The notes below the pieces were generated by a model. That model saw nothing but the letters and a program-made list of their open reading frames with translations. It searched no databases and was not told where the DNA came from. Of a stretch of DNA of 64,000 bases, positions 18,065 through 24,474 are shown piece after piece; the stretch's first letter is position 1, and every line of letters starts with the position of its first letter. The position numbers and the translations under genes are program-made. The stretch lies in the IMG/VR virus record IMGVR_UViG_3300045988_179268, positions 224,001-288,000 of that record. One strand, written 5' to 3'. The stretch is from a virus.

Positions 18065-18202
18065 TCTTACAGTCTGGTTCCTTTTTTGCGCCCATGTGGG
18101 CTGACTGGGAATTACTTATATGAAGAAAGAAGAGATGTGGCATCACTAACATGCACTGCTTTATCTCTGTTTTTTCAGTGACACAGATAACACAAAATCG
18201 AG

Positions 18203-18232
18203 TTGCAAACCACGAAAAACATGTGGTACACT
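18203..18232 (+). promoter_or_regulatory. promoter (TTGCAA -35, TGGTACACT)
   Basis: GTTGCAAACCACGAAAAACATGTGGTACACT, a paralog of 17288-17316. Confidence 0.7.
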
Positions 18233-18314
18233 TTATATATGAGACGTGAGGGCTTGAAAGAGTCCCCGACGCAAAAGCTCATTGAAAACCTTATAGAGTA
18301 AACTATTTAATCAA
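18233..18314 (+). ncRNA. conserved leader L2 upstream of tRNA-Tyr
   Basis: Homologous to L1 (16635-16718). Confidence 0.3.
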
Positions 18315-18398
18315 GCCGTTGTATCCAAGTGGTCAAAGGAAACTGTCTGTAAAACAGTCGCTATCGAAGCTTCGTGGGTTCGACTCCCTCCGGCGGCA
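18315..18398 (+). tRNA. tRNA-Tyr (GTA)
   Basis: Acceptor GCCGTTG/CGGCGGC (G-U pairs), anticodon arm ACTGT-CTGTAAA-ACAGT, long variable arm, T-loop TTCGACT. Confidence 0.8.
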
Positions 18399-18469
18399 CG
18401 AGACACATTACTAGAATGTGTTTAGCTACATCATCTATACGTGCTATAGTTGTTGCAGTAAATATTTTT

Positions 18470-18540
18470 GGCGTACTAGTTTAGTGGTAAAACCTCAGTC
18501 TTCCAAACTGATGATACGGGTTCGATTCCCGTGTACGCCT
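18470..18540 (+). tRNA. tRNA-Trp (CCA)
   Basis: Acceptor GGCGTAC/GTACGCC, D arm GTTT-AGTGGTA-AAAC, anticodon arm TCAGT-CTTCCAA-ACTGA, T arm ACGGG-TTCGATT-CCCGT. Confidence 0.85.
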
Positions 18541-18544
18541 CTAT

Positions 18545-18683
18545 GCTCCTCGCCTGTGAGAGACGGGAGAGGAGCTAAATCTAAACGGACACTCACGTGT
18601 CAAGACCAGGAGAGTTGGGCAACCTACTCAAGGGTTACCGTCAAAGTAAAGCTTTGGCACGCTCCGCATAAGGTCGATGACTT
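18545..18683 (+). ncRNA. scaffold RNA module S7
   Basis: Begins 5 nt after tRNA-Trp. Short hairpin 2 ACAC/GTGT and hairpin CAAAGT/GCTTTG. Ends GCATAAGGTCGATGACTT. Confidence 0.7.
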
Positions 18684-18751
18684 AGAGTAAGTATCTACAT
18701 GTTCTAAGTCATCGTGCGGGATTCGCGTCTCACTAAATCCTGCGTGTCTAA

Positions 18752-18777
18752 GGATTCTCCTTCTCATTAGAGAGACT
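18752..18777 (+). CRISPR. single highly degenerate repeat
   Basis: GGATTCTCCTTCTCATTAGAGAGACT keeps ATTCTCC and a TCTC/GAGA stem. Confidence 0.35.
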
Positions 18778-18818
18778 ATAGATGCGTTTTACATAATCTG
18801 AAATAACTAACACTTTAA

Positions 18819-18900
18819 GCGCTTGTGGCGGAATTGGCAGACGCGGCAGACTTAGAATCTGTTGTCAGCAGACGTGTGGGTTCGAGTCCCACCAGGCGCA
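18819..18900 (+). tRNA. tRNA-Leu (TAG)
   Basis: Acceptor GCGCTTG/CAGGCGC, anticodon arm GCAGA-CTTAGAA-TCTGT, long variable arm, T arm GTGGG-TTCGAGT-CCCAC. Confidence 0.85.
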
Positions 18901-18930
18901 CTTGGTGTCCACAAGTGCATGTGGGTGCCC

Positions 18931-19052
18931 GCTTCCGTATCCAAGCTAGGTTAAGGGGAGCGTCTTTCATGAGCCTTCTGCACATAACGGCTATGGGAGC
19001 GCTTGCGGTGCATGAGAGTGCCCGCGCGCCGGTTCAAATCCGGTCGGAAGCA
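18931..19052 (+). tRNA. atypical 122-nt tRNA-like RNA
   Basis: Perfect acceptor GCTTCCG/CGGAAGC, T arm GCCGG-TTCAAAT-CCGGT, D-like TCCAAGCTAGGTTAAGGGGA. The interior has two long hairpins and I found no standard 7-nt anticodon loop. Confidence 0.35.
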
Positions 19053-19083
19053 CGTAACGCCACCTACTATGGTGGCTTGTTAC

Positions 19084-19227
19084 TCACCTCGCCTATGAGA
19101 GATGGGAGAGGTGAATAATCTAAACGGACACTAACCATGTCAAGACCAGGAGAACTAGCTTACGCTGGTTAGAGGGTCACCGTCTAACAAAATGTTTAGA
19201 CCCGCCTCGTATTTATGGGGTAGGCTT
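19084..19227 (+). ncRNA. scaffold RNA module S8
   Basis: Full copy with hairpins AACTAGC/GCTGGTT and CTAACA/TGTTTAG. Ends TATGGGGTAGGCTT. No repeat follows. Confidence 0.7.
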
Positions 19228-19327
19228 TCAGCCTCATTAGGTAACCTATTGAGGCACCCTTATTGCAATAGGGGAGCCTTCGGGCTTCTGGCTTTTATCA
19301 CTCATTCTTTTGCGAGATTGAGTGTTG

Positions 19328-19339
19328 GTGTGGTATACT
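19328..19339 (+). promoter_or_regulatory. promoter-like extended -10 (GTGTGGTATACT)
   Basis: Variant of the motif, about 20 nt upstream of tRNA-Leu(TAA). Confidence 0.45.
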
Positions 19340-19358
19340 TATCATGCTTACTCTTTAG

Positions 19359-19438
19359 GCGCTTGTGGCGGAACTGGCAGACGCGGCGGACTTAAAATCC
19401 GCTTCTTCGGAGTGTGGGTTCGAGTCCCACCTGGCGCA
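19359..19438 (+). tRNA. tRNA-Leu (TAA)
   Basis: Acceptor GCGCTTG/CTGGCGC (one T-T mismatch), anticodon arm GCGGA-CTTAAAA-TCCGC, variable arm, T arm GTGGG-TTCGAGT-CCCAC. Confidence 0.8.
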
Positions 19439-19468
19439 CGCAACCACCCTTAACTGGGAGGTTTATAT

Positions 19469-19542
19469 TCCCTTGTAGCTCAATTGGCAGATGCGCCCGA
19501 CTGTTAATCGGGAGGTTACTGGTTCGAGTCCAGTCTGGGGAG
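19469..19542 (+). tRNA. tRNA-Asn (GTT)
   Basis: Acceptor TCCCTTG/CTGGGGA (one mismatch), anticodon arm CCCGA-CTGTTAA-TCGGG, T arm ACTGG-TTCGAGT-CCAGT. Confidence 0.8.
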
Positions 19543-19594
19543 CTTACGTCACTTATGCGTGGCGTTGATACCTTAGCTTTTTTGTTAAGGTTCT

Positions 19595-19670
19595 GGTCTG
19601 TTAGCTCAGTGTTGGTTAGAGCACCGCCCTGTCACGGCGGAGGCCGCGGGTTCGAGCCCCGTACAGACCG
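19595..19670 (+). tRNA. tRNA-Asp (GTC)
   Basis: Acceptor GGTCTGT/ACAGACC, anticodon arm CCGCC-CTGTCAC-GGCGG, T arm GCGGG-TTCGAGC-CCCGT. Confidence 0.9.
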
Positions 19671-19691
19671 CGTATAGTTTTTTTGGCTATG

Positions 19692-19831
19692 CCTCTCGCC
19701 TGTGAGAGACGGGAGAGAGTAAAAACGGACAGGTAGCTTCGGTTACCTGTCAAGACCAGGATAGCGGGGTAACCTGCTTGAGGGTCACCGTCTGACAAAA
19801 TGTTAGACCCAGCCCACGTAGGGGATGGCTC
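19692..19831 (+). ncRNA. scaffold RNA module S9
   Basis: Full copy with hairpins AGCGGG/CCTGCT and CTGACA/TGTTAG. Ends CCCACGTAGGGGATGGCTC. Confidence 0.75.
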
Positions 19832-19864
19832 CTTGGACTCGAAGTTTTGACGAATAGGGAGTCC

Positions 19865-19892
19865 GTTTTCCCAGCACACGCGGGAGTGGCTC
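19865..19892 (+). CRISPR. single repeat, 33 nt after S9
   Basis: GTTTTCCCAGCACACGCGGGAGTGGCTC (28 nt). The spacer 19832-19864 is exactly 33 nt. Confidence 0.65.
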
Positions 19893-19932
19893 ACCGTGAC
19901 CTCCTGTGTGATACAGGTAACATAAAAACGGC

Positions 19933-19962
19933 TTGCATACCATAGAAACTATATGGTACACT
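19933..19962 (+). promoter_or_regulatory. promoter (TTGCAT -35, TGGTACACT)
   Basis: GCTTGCATACCATAGAAACTATATGGTACACT upstream of the Thr-Ala-Lys tRNA block. Confidence 0.65.
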
Positions 19963-20029
19963 TGCTATATATGGTTCGGGGAAACCTGAAAGACCGATAC
20001 GCTATTTCTTAATTGAATGAATTTTTTTT

Positions 20030-20103
20030 GCCTCCTTAGCTCAGTTGGTTAGAGCATCTGTCTTGTAAACAGAGGGTCGCCGGTTCGACTCCGGCAGGAG
20101 GCT
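20030..20103 (+). tRNA. tRNA-Thr (TGT)
   Basis: Acceptor GCCTCCT/AGGAGGC, anticodon arm TCTGT-CTTGTAA-ACAGA, T arm GCCGG-TTCGACT-CCGGC. Confidence 0.9.
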
Positions 20104-20139
20104 CGCTAAAGTAGATAGTTTTACTGTTTGCTTTTATGA

Positions 20140-20212
<73 letters not shown>

Positions 20213-20242
20213 CTCACACGCCTGTTGCAGGTTGTGTGTTAA

Positions 20243-20315
20243 GCGCCTTTAGCTCAGTCGGTAGAGCAGTGGACTTTTAATCCTCGGGTCGCGGGTTCGA
20301 GCCCCGCAGGGCGCA
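20243..20315 (+). tRNA. tRNA-Lys (TTT)
   Basis: Acceptor GCGCCTT/AGGGCGC, anticodon arm GTGGA-CTTTTAA-TCCTC (one mismatch), T arm GCGGG-TTCGAGC-CCCGC. Confidence 0.8.
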
Positions 20316-20552
20316 CGTAGCATGAAGGGATGTAGCTAATCCTTTCGTAATACACCGGATAAACACTATTCAGAAGGTCGTAGGTTAAAATCCTGCCACG
20401 TGCCACATTGCACGTGTAGCTCGGTGTTATAAGAGCGTCTGGACGGTGCCGGTTTAAGCCATACACAGGGGAAGTGACCTACACACTTCCATAGGGGTAG
20501 CGCCCCGGCTGTCTTGTAGGATAAGGGTACCTCTTAGCGGGGGTGCTCTCAT

Positions 20553-20628
20553 GGTCTGTTAGCTCAGTGTTGGTTAGAGCACCGCCCTGTCACGGCGGAG
20601 GTCGCGGGTTCAAGTCCCGTACAGACCG
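20553..20628 (+). tRNA. tRNA-Asp (GTC), second copy
   Basis: Near-identical to 19595-19670. T-loop is TTCAAGT. Confidence 0.9.
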
Positions 20629-20666
20629 CTTATATGGCGCACTGACCGCCTAAATAGTCAGTCTAA

Positions 20667-20740
20667 GCCCTTGTAACTCAGCTGGTTAGAGTGCCGCTCT
20701 GATAAGGCGGATGCCGGTGGTTCAAGTCCACCCAAGGGCA
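20667..20740 (+). tRNA. tRNA-Ile (GAT)
   Basis: Acceptor GCCCTTG/CAAGGGC, anticodon arm CCGCT-CTGATAA-GGCGG, T arm GGTGG-TTCAAGT-CCACC. Confidence 0.9.
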
Positions 20741-20742
20741 CT

Positions 20743-20814
20743 GTGTGTGAAGCCGGATAGCGAGGCGCTTGCTTGTGGCGCAAGTAGTAGCGGGTGCGAT
20801 TCCCGTCACACACC
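20743..20814 (+). tRNA. tRNA-His (GTG)
   Basis: Acceptor GTGTGTG/CACACAC with discriminator C, anticodon arm CTTGC-TTGTGGC-GCAAG, T arm GCGGG-TGCGATT-CCCGT. Confidence 0.8.
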
Positions 20815-20816
20815 CC

Positions 20817-20891
20817 GCTCCCCTAGTTCAGTCTGGATAGAACGCCGTGCTACGAACGCGGAGGTGGCAGGTTCAAATCCTGCGGGGAGCA
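20817..20891 (+). tRNA. tRNA-Arg (ACG)
   Basis: Acceptor GCTCCCC/GGGGAGC, anticodon arm CCGTG-CTACGAA-CGCGG, T arm GCAGG-TTCAAAT-CCTGC. Lies 2 nt after tRNA-His. Confidence 0.9.
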
Positions 20892-20924
20892 CGTAACAGC
20901 ACCTATTATGGTAGTGTGTTATAT

Positions 20925-21080
20925 ACCTCGCCTGTGAGAGACGGGAGAGGTGGTAAATCTAAACGGATAGGTGGCATCGGCTACCTGTCAAGACCAGGAT
21001 GGCGGGGCAACCTGCTTGAGGGTCACCGTCTAGTGAAACACTCAGACCCAACCCACATAAGGGAAAACGTAAGGTGAATC
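20925..21080 (+). ncRNA. scaffold RNA module S10
   Basis: Full copy nearly identical to S1 in its 5' half. The terminal part is extended (..CACATAAGGGAAAACGTAAGGTGAATC). Confidence 0.7.
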
Positions 21081-21121
21081 TATTTTGCGGCTTGACCCGG
21101 TATTAAGCCTAGTCAGGAAGA

Positions 21122-21205
21122 TTTTTCCCTACGCATGTGAGGCTGGCTCTACTCAGCCTAACATGCGTAGGCGACGTTTTCTCCGTACACGCGAGGGGAT
21201 GGCTC
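21122..21205 (+). CRISPR. two repeats after S10
   Basis: TTTTTCCCTACGCATGTGAGGCTGGCTC (21122-21149) and GTTTTCTCCGTACACGCGAGGGGATGGCTC (21176-21205). The 26-nt spacer is largely the reverse complement of the first repeat. Confidence 0.55.
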
Positions 21206-21288
21206 CGGCTAGGATACGCCCTTCAAGGCGGCGCTACTTTCTTTACATACATAGAAAGTCAGCTTTTATCAATATGCTCACAACATAT

Positions 21289-21361
21289 GCCCCCATCGTC
21301 TAGATGGTTAGGATACTACCCTTTCAAGGTAGAGATGCGGGTTCGAGTCCCGTTGGGGGTA
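21289..21361 (+). tRNA. tRNA-Glu (TTC)
   Basis: Acceptor GCCCCCA/TGGGGGT, anticodon arm CTACC-CTTTCAA-GGTAG, T arm GCGGG-TTCGAGT-CCCGT. Confidence 0.85.
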
Positions 21362-21496
21362 CGCAAGCTTCAAGAGTTATATTTGTAGCTTTTGGAAGCT
21401 GGCATGGGGTCATGCTGTTTTTATAGTTATGGTCACAATTTAACCTTTCGTTACATCGAGTAGCGGCTCGCCGTCTTGTTGGTTGCCGCTATTCTT

Positions 21497-21570
21497 ATCC
21501 CAGTAGCTCAGTGGATAGAGCGCCCGCCTCCTAAGCGGGGTCGTCACAGGTTCGACTCCTGTCTGGGATA
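21497..21570 (+). tRNA. tRNA-Arg (CCT)
   Basis: Acceptor ATCCCAG/CTGGGAT, anticodon arm CCCGC-CTCCTAA-GCGGG, T arm ACAGG-TTCGACT-CCTGT. Confidence 0.8.
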
Positions 21571-21604
21571 CTTTTAGGTAAACCTGTTTTTTAGGTTTAC
21601 CGTT

Positions 21605-21677
21605 GCCTCCTTAGCTCAGCGGATAGAGTACCCGATTCCGAGTCGGGTGGTCACAGGTTCGATTCCTGTAGGAGGCG
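21605..21677 (+). tRNA. tRNA-Arg (CCG)
   Basis: Acceptor GCCTCCT/AGGAGGC, anticodon arm CCCGA-TTCCGAG-TCGGG, T arm ACAGG-TTCGATT-CCTGT. Confidence 0.85.
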
Positions 21678-21678
21678 C

Positions 21679-21750
21679 GTCCCCGTGGTCTAATCGGGAG
21701 GATGCCGCTCTCTCAAGGCGGCGATGCGGGTTCGAGTCCCGTCGGGGGTA
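21679..21750 (+). tRNA. tRNA-Glu (CTC)
   Basis: Acceptor GTCCCCG/CGGGGGT, anticodon arm CCGCT-CTCTCAA-GGCGG, T arm GCGGG-TTCGAGT-CCCGT. Lies 1 nt after tRNA-Arg. Confidence 0.8.
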
Positions 21751-21874
21751 CGCTCATGCGCGGCTTTTTGTTGCGTGTGTTGTGGTGACTTTCGGTAGTT
21801 ACCTTTTTTGTACGGCTTGGGCTGGGTTTGGTTTTTCCTCACTTTTGCCTTACTCAGGTTTCTGGTCGTGTTTC

Positions 21875-21947
21875 GCGCTTTTAGCTCAGTTGGTAGAGCA
21901 AGGGACTCTTAATCCCTGGGTCGCGGGTTCGAGCCCCGCAGGGCGCA
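21875..21947 (+). tRNA. tRNA-Lys (CTT)
   Basis: Acceptor GCGCTTT/AGGGCGC, anticodon arm AGGGA-CTCTTAA-TCCCT, T arm GCGGG-TTCGAGC-CCCGC. Confidence 0.9.
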
Positions 21948-21976
21948 CGTAGCACATTCCTTTTGGGTGTGTTTAC

Positions 21977-22128
21977 TCACCTCGCCTGTGAGGGACTGGG
22001 AGAGGTGGCTAATCTAAACGGATGGGTAGCTTTGATTGCCTGTCAAGACCAGGAGAATCTGCCTTTGGTGGGTTTGAGGGTCACCGTCTAATAAAATATT
22101 AGACCCAACCCTGTGCAGGGGATGGCTC
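21977..22128 (+). ncRNA. scaffold RNA module S11
   Basis: Full copy (hairpin 1 variant ..TGTGAGGGACTGGGAGAGG, hairpin CTAATA/TATTAG). Ends TGTGCAGGGGATGGCTC. Confidence 0.75.
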
Positions 22129-22147
22129 GACAAAAAAGTCAGGCGGT

Positions 22148-22175
22148 GTTTTCCCTGTATACGCGGGGATGACTC
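22148..22175 (+). CRISPR. single repeat after S11
   Basis: GTTTTCCCTGTATACGCGGGGATGACTC. It is 19 nt after the S11 end, and 31 nt separate it from the 5' end of tRNA-Arg(TCT). Confidence 0.65.
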
Positions 22176-22206
22176 ACCGCTAATATGTACAATTCCATAC
22201 CTTTTT

Positions 22207-22279
22207 GCCCTAGTAGCTCAGGGGATAGAGCAGTCGCCTTCTAAGCGATTGGTCGCAGGTTCGAATCCTGCCTGGGGCA
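22207..22279 (+). tRNA. tRNA-Arg (TCT)
   Basis: Acceptor GCCCTAG/CTGGGGC, anticodon arm GTCGC-CTTCTAA-GCGAT, T arm GCAGG-TTCGAAT-CCTGC. Confidence 0.85.
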
Positions 22280-22306
22280 CGCTATATGCCTCAAGGTGTG
22301 TCGCAA

Positions 22307-22456
22307 CACCTCGCCTGTGAGGGACTGGGAGAGGTGGTTAATCTAAACGGGTGGGTGGCTTTGGTTGCCTGCCAAGACCAGGAAAGCTGGCTTCGGTCAG
22401 TTTGAGGGTCACCGTCAAAGTAAAACTTTGGCTCATCTACCGCATAAAGTGAATGG
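22307..22456 (+). ncRNA. scaffold RNA module S12
   Basis: Full copy with hairpins AGCTGGC/GTCAGTT and CAAAGT/ACTTTG. The terminal part is S1-like (CTCATCTACCGCATAAAGTGAATGG). Confidence 0.7.
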
Positions 22457-22496
22457 GAAATGTGGGTTGGCGAGGTGTTTATCCTTGTCAATAAGG

Positions 22497-22638
22497 ATTT
22501 TCCCCGTACACGCGGGGATGGCTCCTGGACCCTCAAACTTGCTAGAGTAGAGCACGTATTTTCCCCGTACACGCGGGGATGGCTCTAACGTCAAGCCTAT
22601 TAGCGTTTACGTTTTCCCTTGTATGCGTGGGGTGACTC
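22497..22638 (+). CRISPR. three-repeat mini-array after S12
   Basis: ATTTTCCCCGTACACGCGGGGATGGCTC twice (22497-22524, 22558-22585) with a 33-nt spacer, then GTTTTCCCTTGTATGCGTGGGGTGACTC (22611-22638) after 25 nt. 31 nt separate the last repeat from tRNA-Glu. Confidence 0.75.
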
Positions 22639-22669
22639 ACAATAACCCTTTTATATATTCACAACATAT

Positions 22670-22743
22670 GCCCCCGTGGTCTAATTGGTCAGGATGCCAC
22701 TTTCTCAAGGTGGGTGGTACGGGTTCGAGTCCCGTCGGGGGTA
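22670..22743 (+). tRNA. tRNA-Glu (CTC), second copy
   Basis: Acceptor GCCCCCG/CGGGGGT, anticodon arm CCACT-TTCTCAA-GGTGG, T arm ACGGG-TTCGAGT-CCCGT. Confidence 0.8.
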
Positions 22744-22775
22744 CGTTCATGCGCGGTTTTTGTTGCGTGTGTTTT

Positions 22776-22848
22776 GCGCTTTTAGCTCAGTTGGTAGAGC
22801 AACGGACTCTTAATCCGTGGGTCGCCGGTTCGAGTCCGGCAGGGCGCA
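22776..22848 (+). tRNA. tRNA-Lys (CTT), second copy
   Basis: Acceptor GCGCTTT/AGGGCGC, anticodon arm ACGGA-CTCTTAA-TCCGT, T arm GCCGG-TTCGAGT-CCGGC. Confidence 0.9.
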
Positions 22849-22877
22849 CGTAGCACATTCCTTTTGGGTGTGTTTAC

Positions 22878-23029
22878 TCACCTCGCCTGTGAGGGACTGG
22901 GAGAGGTGGCTAATCTAAACGGATGGGTAGCCTTTGGGTTGCCTGTCAAGACCAGGAAAATTAGCTTAGGCTGATTCGAGGGTCACCGTCTGGCAAAATG
23001 GCAGACCCACCCTTTGTAGGGGGCGGCTC
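22878..23029 (+). ncRNA. scaffold RNA module S13
   Basis: Near-duplicate of S11 in its 5' half. Hairpins AATTAGC/GCTGATT and CTGGCA/TGGCAG. Ends TTGTAGGGGGCGGCTC. Confidence 0.75.
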
Positions 23030-23062
23030 AGTGTTTGAGAATGAGGGTTGCGCCCTCAGCGA

Positions 23063-23076
23063 GTATTTCCCGTAAA
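23063..23076 (+). CRISPR. truncated repeat, 33 nt after S13
   Basis: GTATTTCCCGTAAA matches only the repeat 5' half. The spacer 23030-23062 is exactly 33 nt. Confidence 0.4.
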
Positions 23077-23098
23077 TATAATTACTATTTCACATTGT

Positions 23099-23172
23099 TC
23101 CCTTGTAGCTCAATTGGCAGATGCGCCCGACTGTTAATCGGGAGGTTGTAGGTTCGAGTCCTTCCGGGGGAG
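23099..23172 (+). tRNA. tRNA-Asn (GTT), second copy
   Basis: Acceptor TCCCTTG/CGGGGGA, anticodon arm CCCGA-CTGTTAA-TCGGG, T-loop TTCGAGT. Confidence 0.8.
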
Positions 23173-23188
23173 CTTTTAATATTGTGTT

Positions 23189-23224
23189 ACGCCCTTGCTG
23201 GTTTTTGCCGGTGAGGGCGTTTTT
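23189..23224 (+). terminator. rho-independent terminator closing the tRNA/scaffold region
   Basis: ACGCCCT..AGGGCGT stem followed by TTTT. Confidence 0.65.
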
Positions 23225-23274
23225 GTTGTATAATTGGTGTACCACATATTTTTTAGTTGAAAGGTTTTCATAGA

Positions 23275-24309
23275 ATGTTTGTTTGCGAGGATGTGTCCCC
23301 TGTTGGTTCTGGCAAGGTTCAGTCTATTTCTTTGGGGGAGTCATTTTTGCCTGGTGACGTGATGGATGTATTGAATCCGTCTATTCCGAGTGCGGCGGCG
23401 CGTATGGTATTGATTTATAAGCGTGATGTTGTCTCTGCTGGTGCGCAGTTGGTGGGCGTTTTCACTGTTTCTGCCGACCCTGCTACTTTTGCGGGTGGTG
23501 TTGATGGTCAGGGTATTATTCCAGGTGTTGCCTCTGGTTCGCTTGTTGAGCGTGTCGTTGAGAGTGTTCCTGTGCAGGGTGGTGATTACGCCTCACATGC
23601 GTTGAAGGTTGCGTCCTGGTTGTCTAATTCTGGTGTGCCGCTGGGTTATGGTGGTGATTTGCGCAATGGTTTTGCTTTTACTGCGTTTGAATCTGCTGAG
23701 GGCGCATGTGCTGTGCCTGATGCGTTTGAGTTTTTGGATGCGGCGGGTGTGTCTGTCCCTTGGTATAACGAGGGTAACTATTTCGGGTACACTGTTTCTG
23801 GTGTTAGTAAGATTAGTTCCCTTAAGGGTGTGGGTTCTGTGTTGGGCGACCTTGGTGACGTTGGTGTGGACTCCCGCGCGCTGAGTCAGGGGGTTGATGG
23901 TGCTGGCGACAATGCTTATGTCGCGTGGTTGCTGTGGGGTGTTGATGATGGTGGTCGTGTTGGGGATGTGCATCTTGTGGCTGGTGACCCGACGCTAAAT
24001 GGGTTCCCGACTGTGGGGTTGCCGTTTATTAAGGGCGCTCCTCAGCTTGTGGGTGTCCCGGTTGAGGAGTATGGTTATCGTTTGGTGACGAAAATGTTCA
24101 CTAATTTCACTTCTGTTTTTGTCACTATTAAGTCCCCTTTGTTTAATGCTAATCGTGTTTGTTATGATGCTGGTAAGGGTTTGTATTCTTTGCCTGTTGT
24201 GGTGACTTTGGGGTCTGAGTCGCCATTGTGGGTGCCTGGCGATTTGGGGGCGCGTATGCGCTATGTTAAGGCTGTTTTGGGGCGCGATGGGGCTTTAAAT
24301 ATCTTGTAA
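23275..24309 (+). CDS. G/V-rich hypothetical protein, paralog 1
   Basis: ATG 23275 after GAAAGG (track 23257..24309). The C-terminal motif NxxRxxYDxxxGLYSLPVVV is shared with the next two ORFs. The coding strand is strongly G+T rich, so stop codons are rare in every frame and the ORF length itself is weak evidence. Confidence 0.55.
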   Translation: MFVCEDVSPVGSGKVQSISLGESFLPGDVMDVLNPSIPSAAARMVLIYKRDVVSAGAQLVGVFTVSADPATFAGGVDGQGIIPGVASGSLVERVVESVPVQGGDYASHALKVASWLSNSGVPLGYGGDLRNGFAFTAFESAEGACAVPDAFEFLDAAGVSVPWYNEGNYFGYTVSGVSKISSLKGVGSVLGDLGDVGVDSRALSQGVDGAGDNAYVAWLLWGVDDGGRVGDVHLVAGDPTLNGFPTVGLPFIKGAPQLVGVPVEEYGYRLVTKMFTNFTSVFVTIKSPLFNANRVCYDAGKGLYSLPVVVTLGSESPLWVPGDLGARMRYVKAVLGRDGALNIL

Positions 24310-24474
24310 ATAGCCTTTTTGGGGAGCTTGTCATACTTTTGTGTGGCAGGCTCCTTTTTGTGTGTTTTCCGGGTTTTGGGCGGGTTGGTGTGGTAGACTG
24401 GTGGTGGGGTTGCGTCGGGTCTTGACGTTGCCCCCTTTTTTCTATCTTTTTCTACTATTTTTTTGGAGGTTGTT

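Larger units (their letters stand above)
21679..22128 (+). repeat. segmental duplication unit (tRNA-Glu, GT-rich linker, tRNA-Lys, hairpin, scaffold)
   Basis: Repeated at 22670-23029 with near-identity across tRNA-Lys, the following hairpin and the first ~70 nt of the scaffold. The second copy lacks about 90 nt of the GT-rich linker. Confidence 0.7.

Noticed and set aside
23236-23250. Minus-strand copy of the promoter motif (AATATGTGGTACACC) pointing back into the tRNA cluster
   Set aside because: The -10 hexamer is TACACC, which lacks the final T. It overlaps a plus-strand TATAAT (23229-23234) that fits the downstream genes. Antisense transcription is possible but unsupported.
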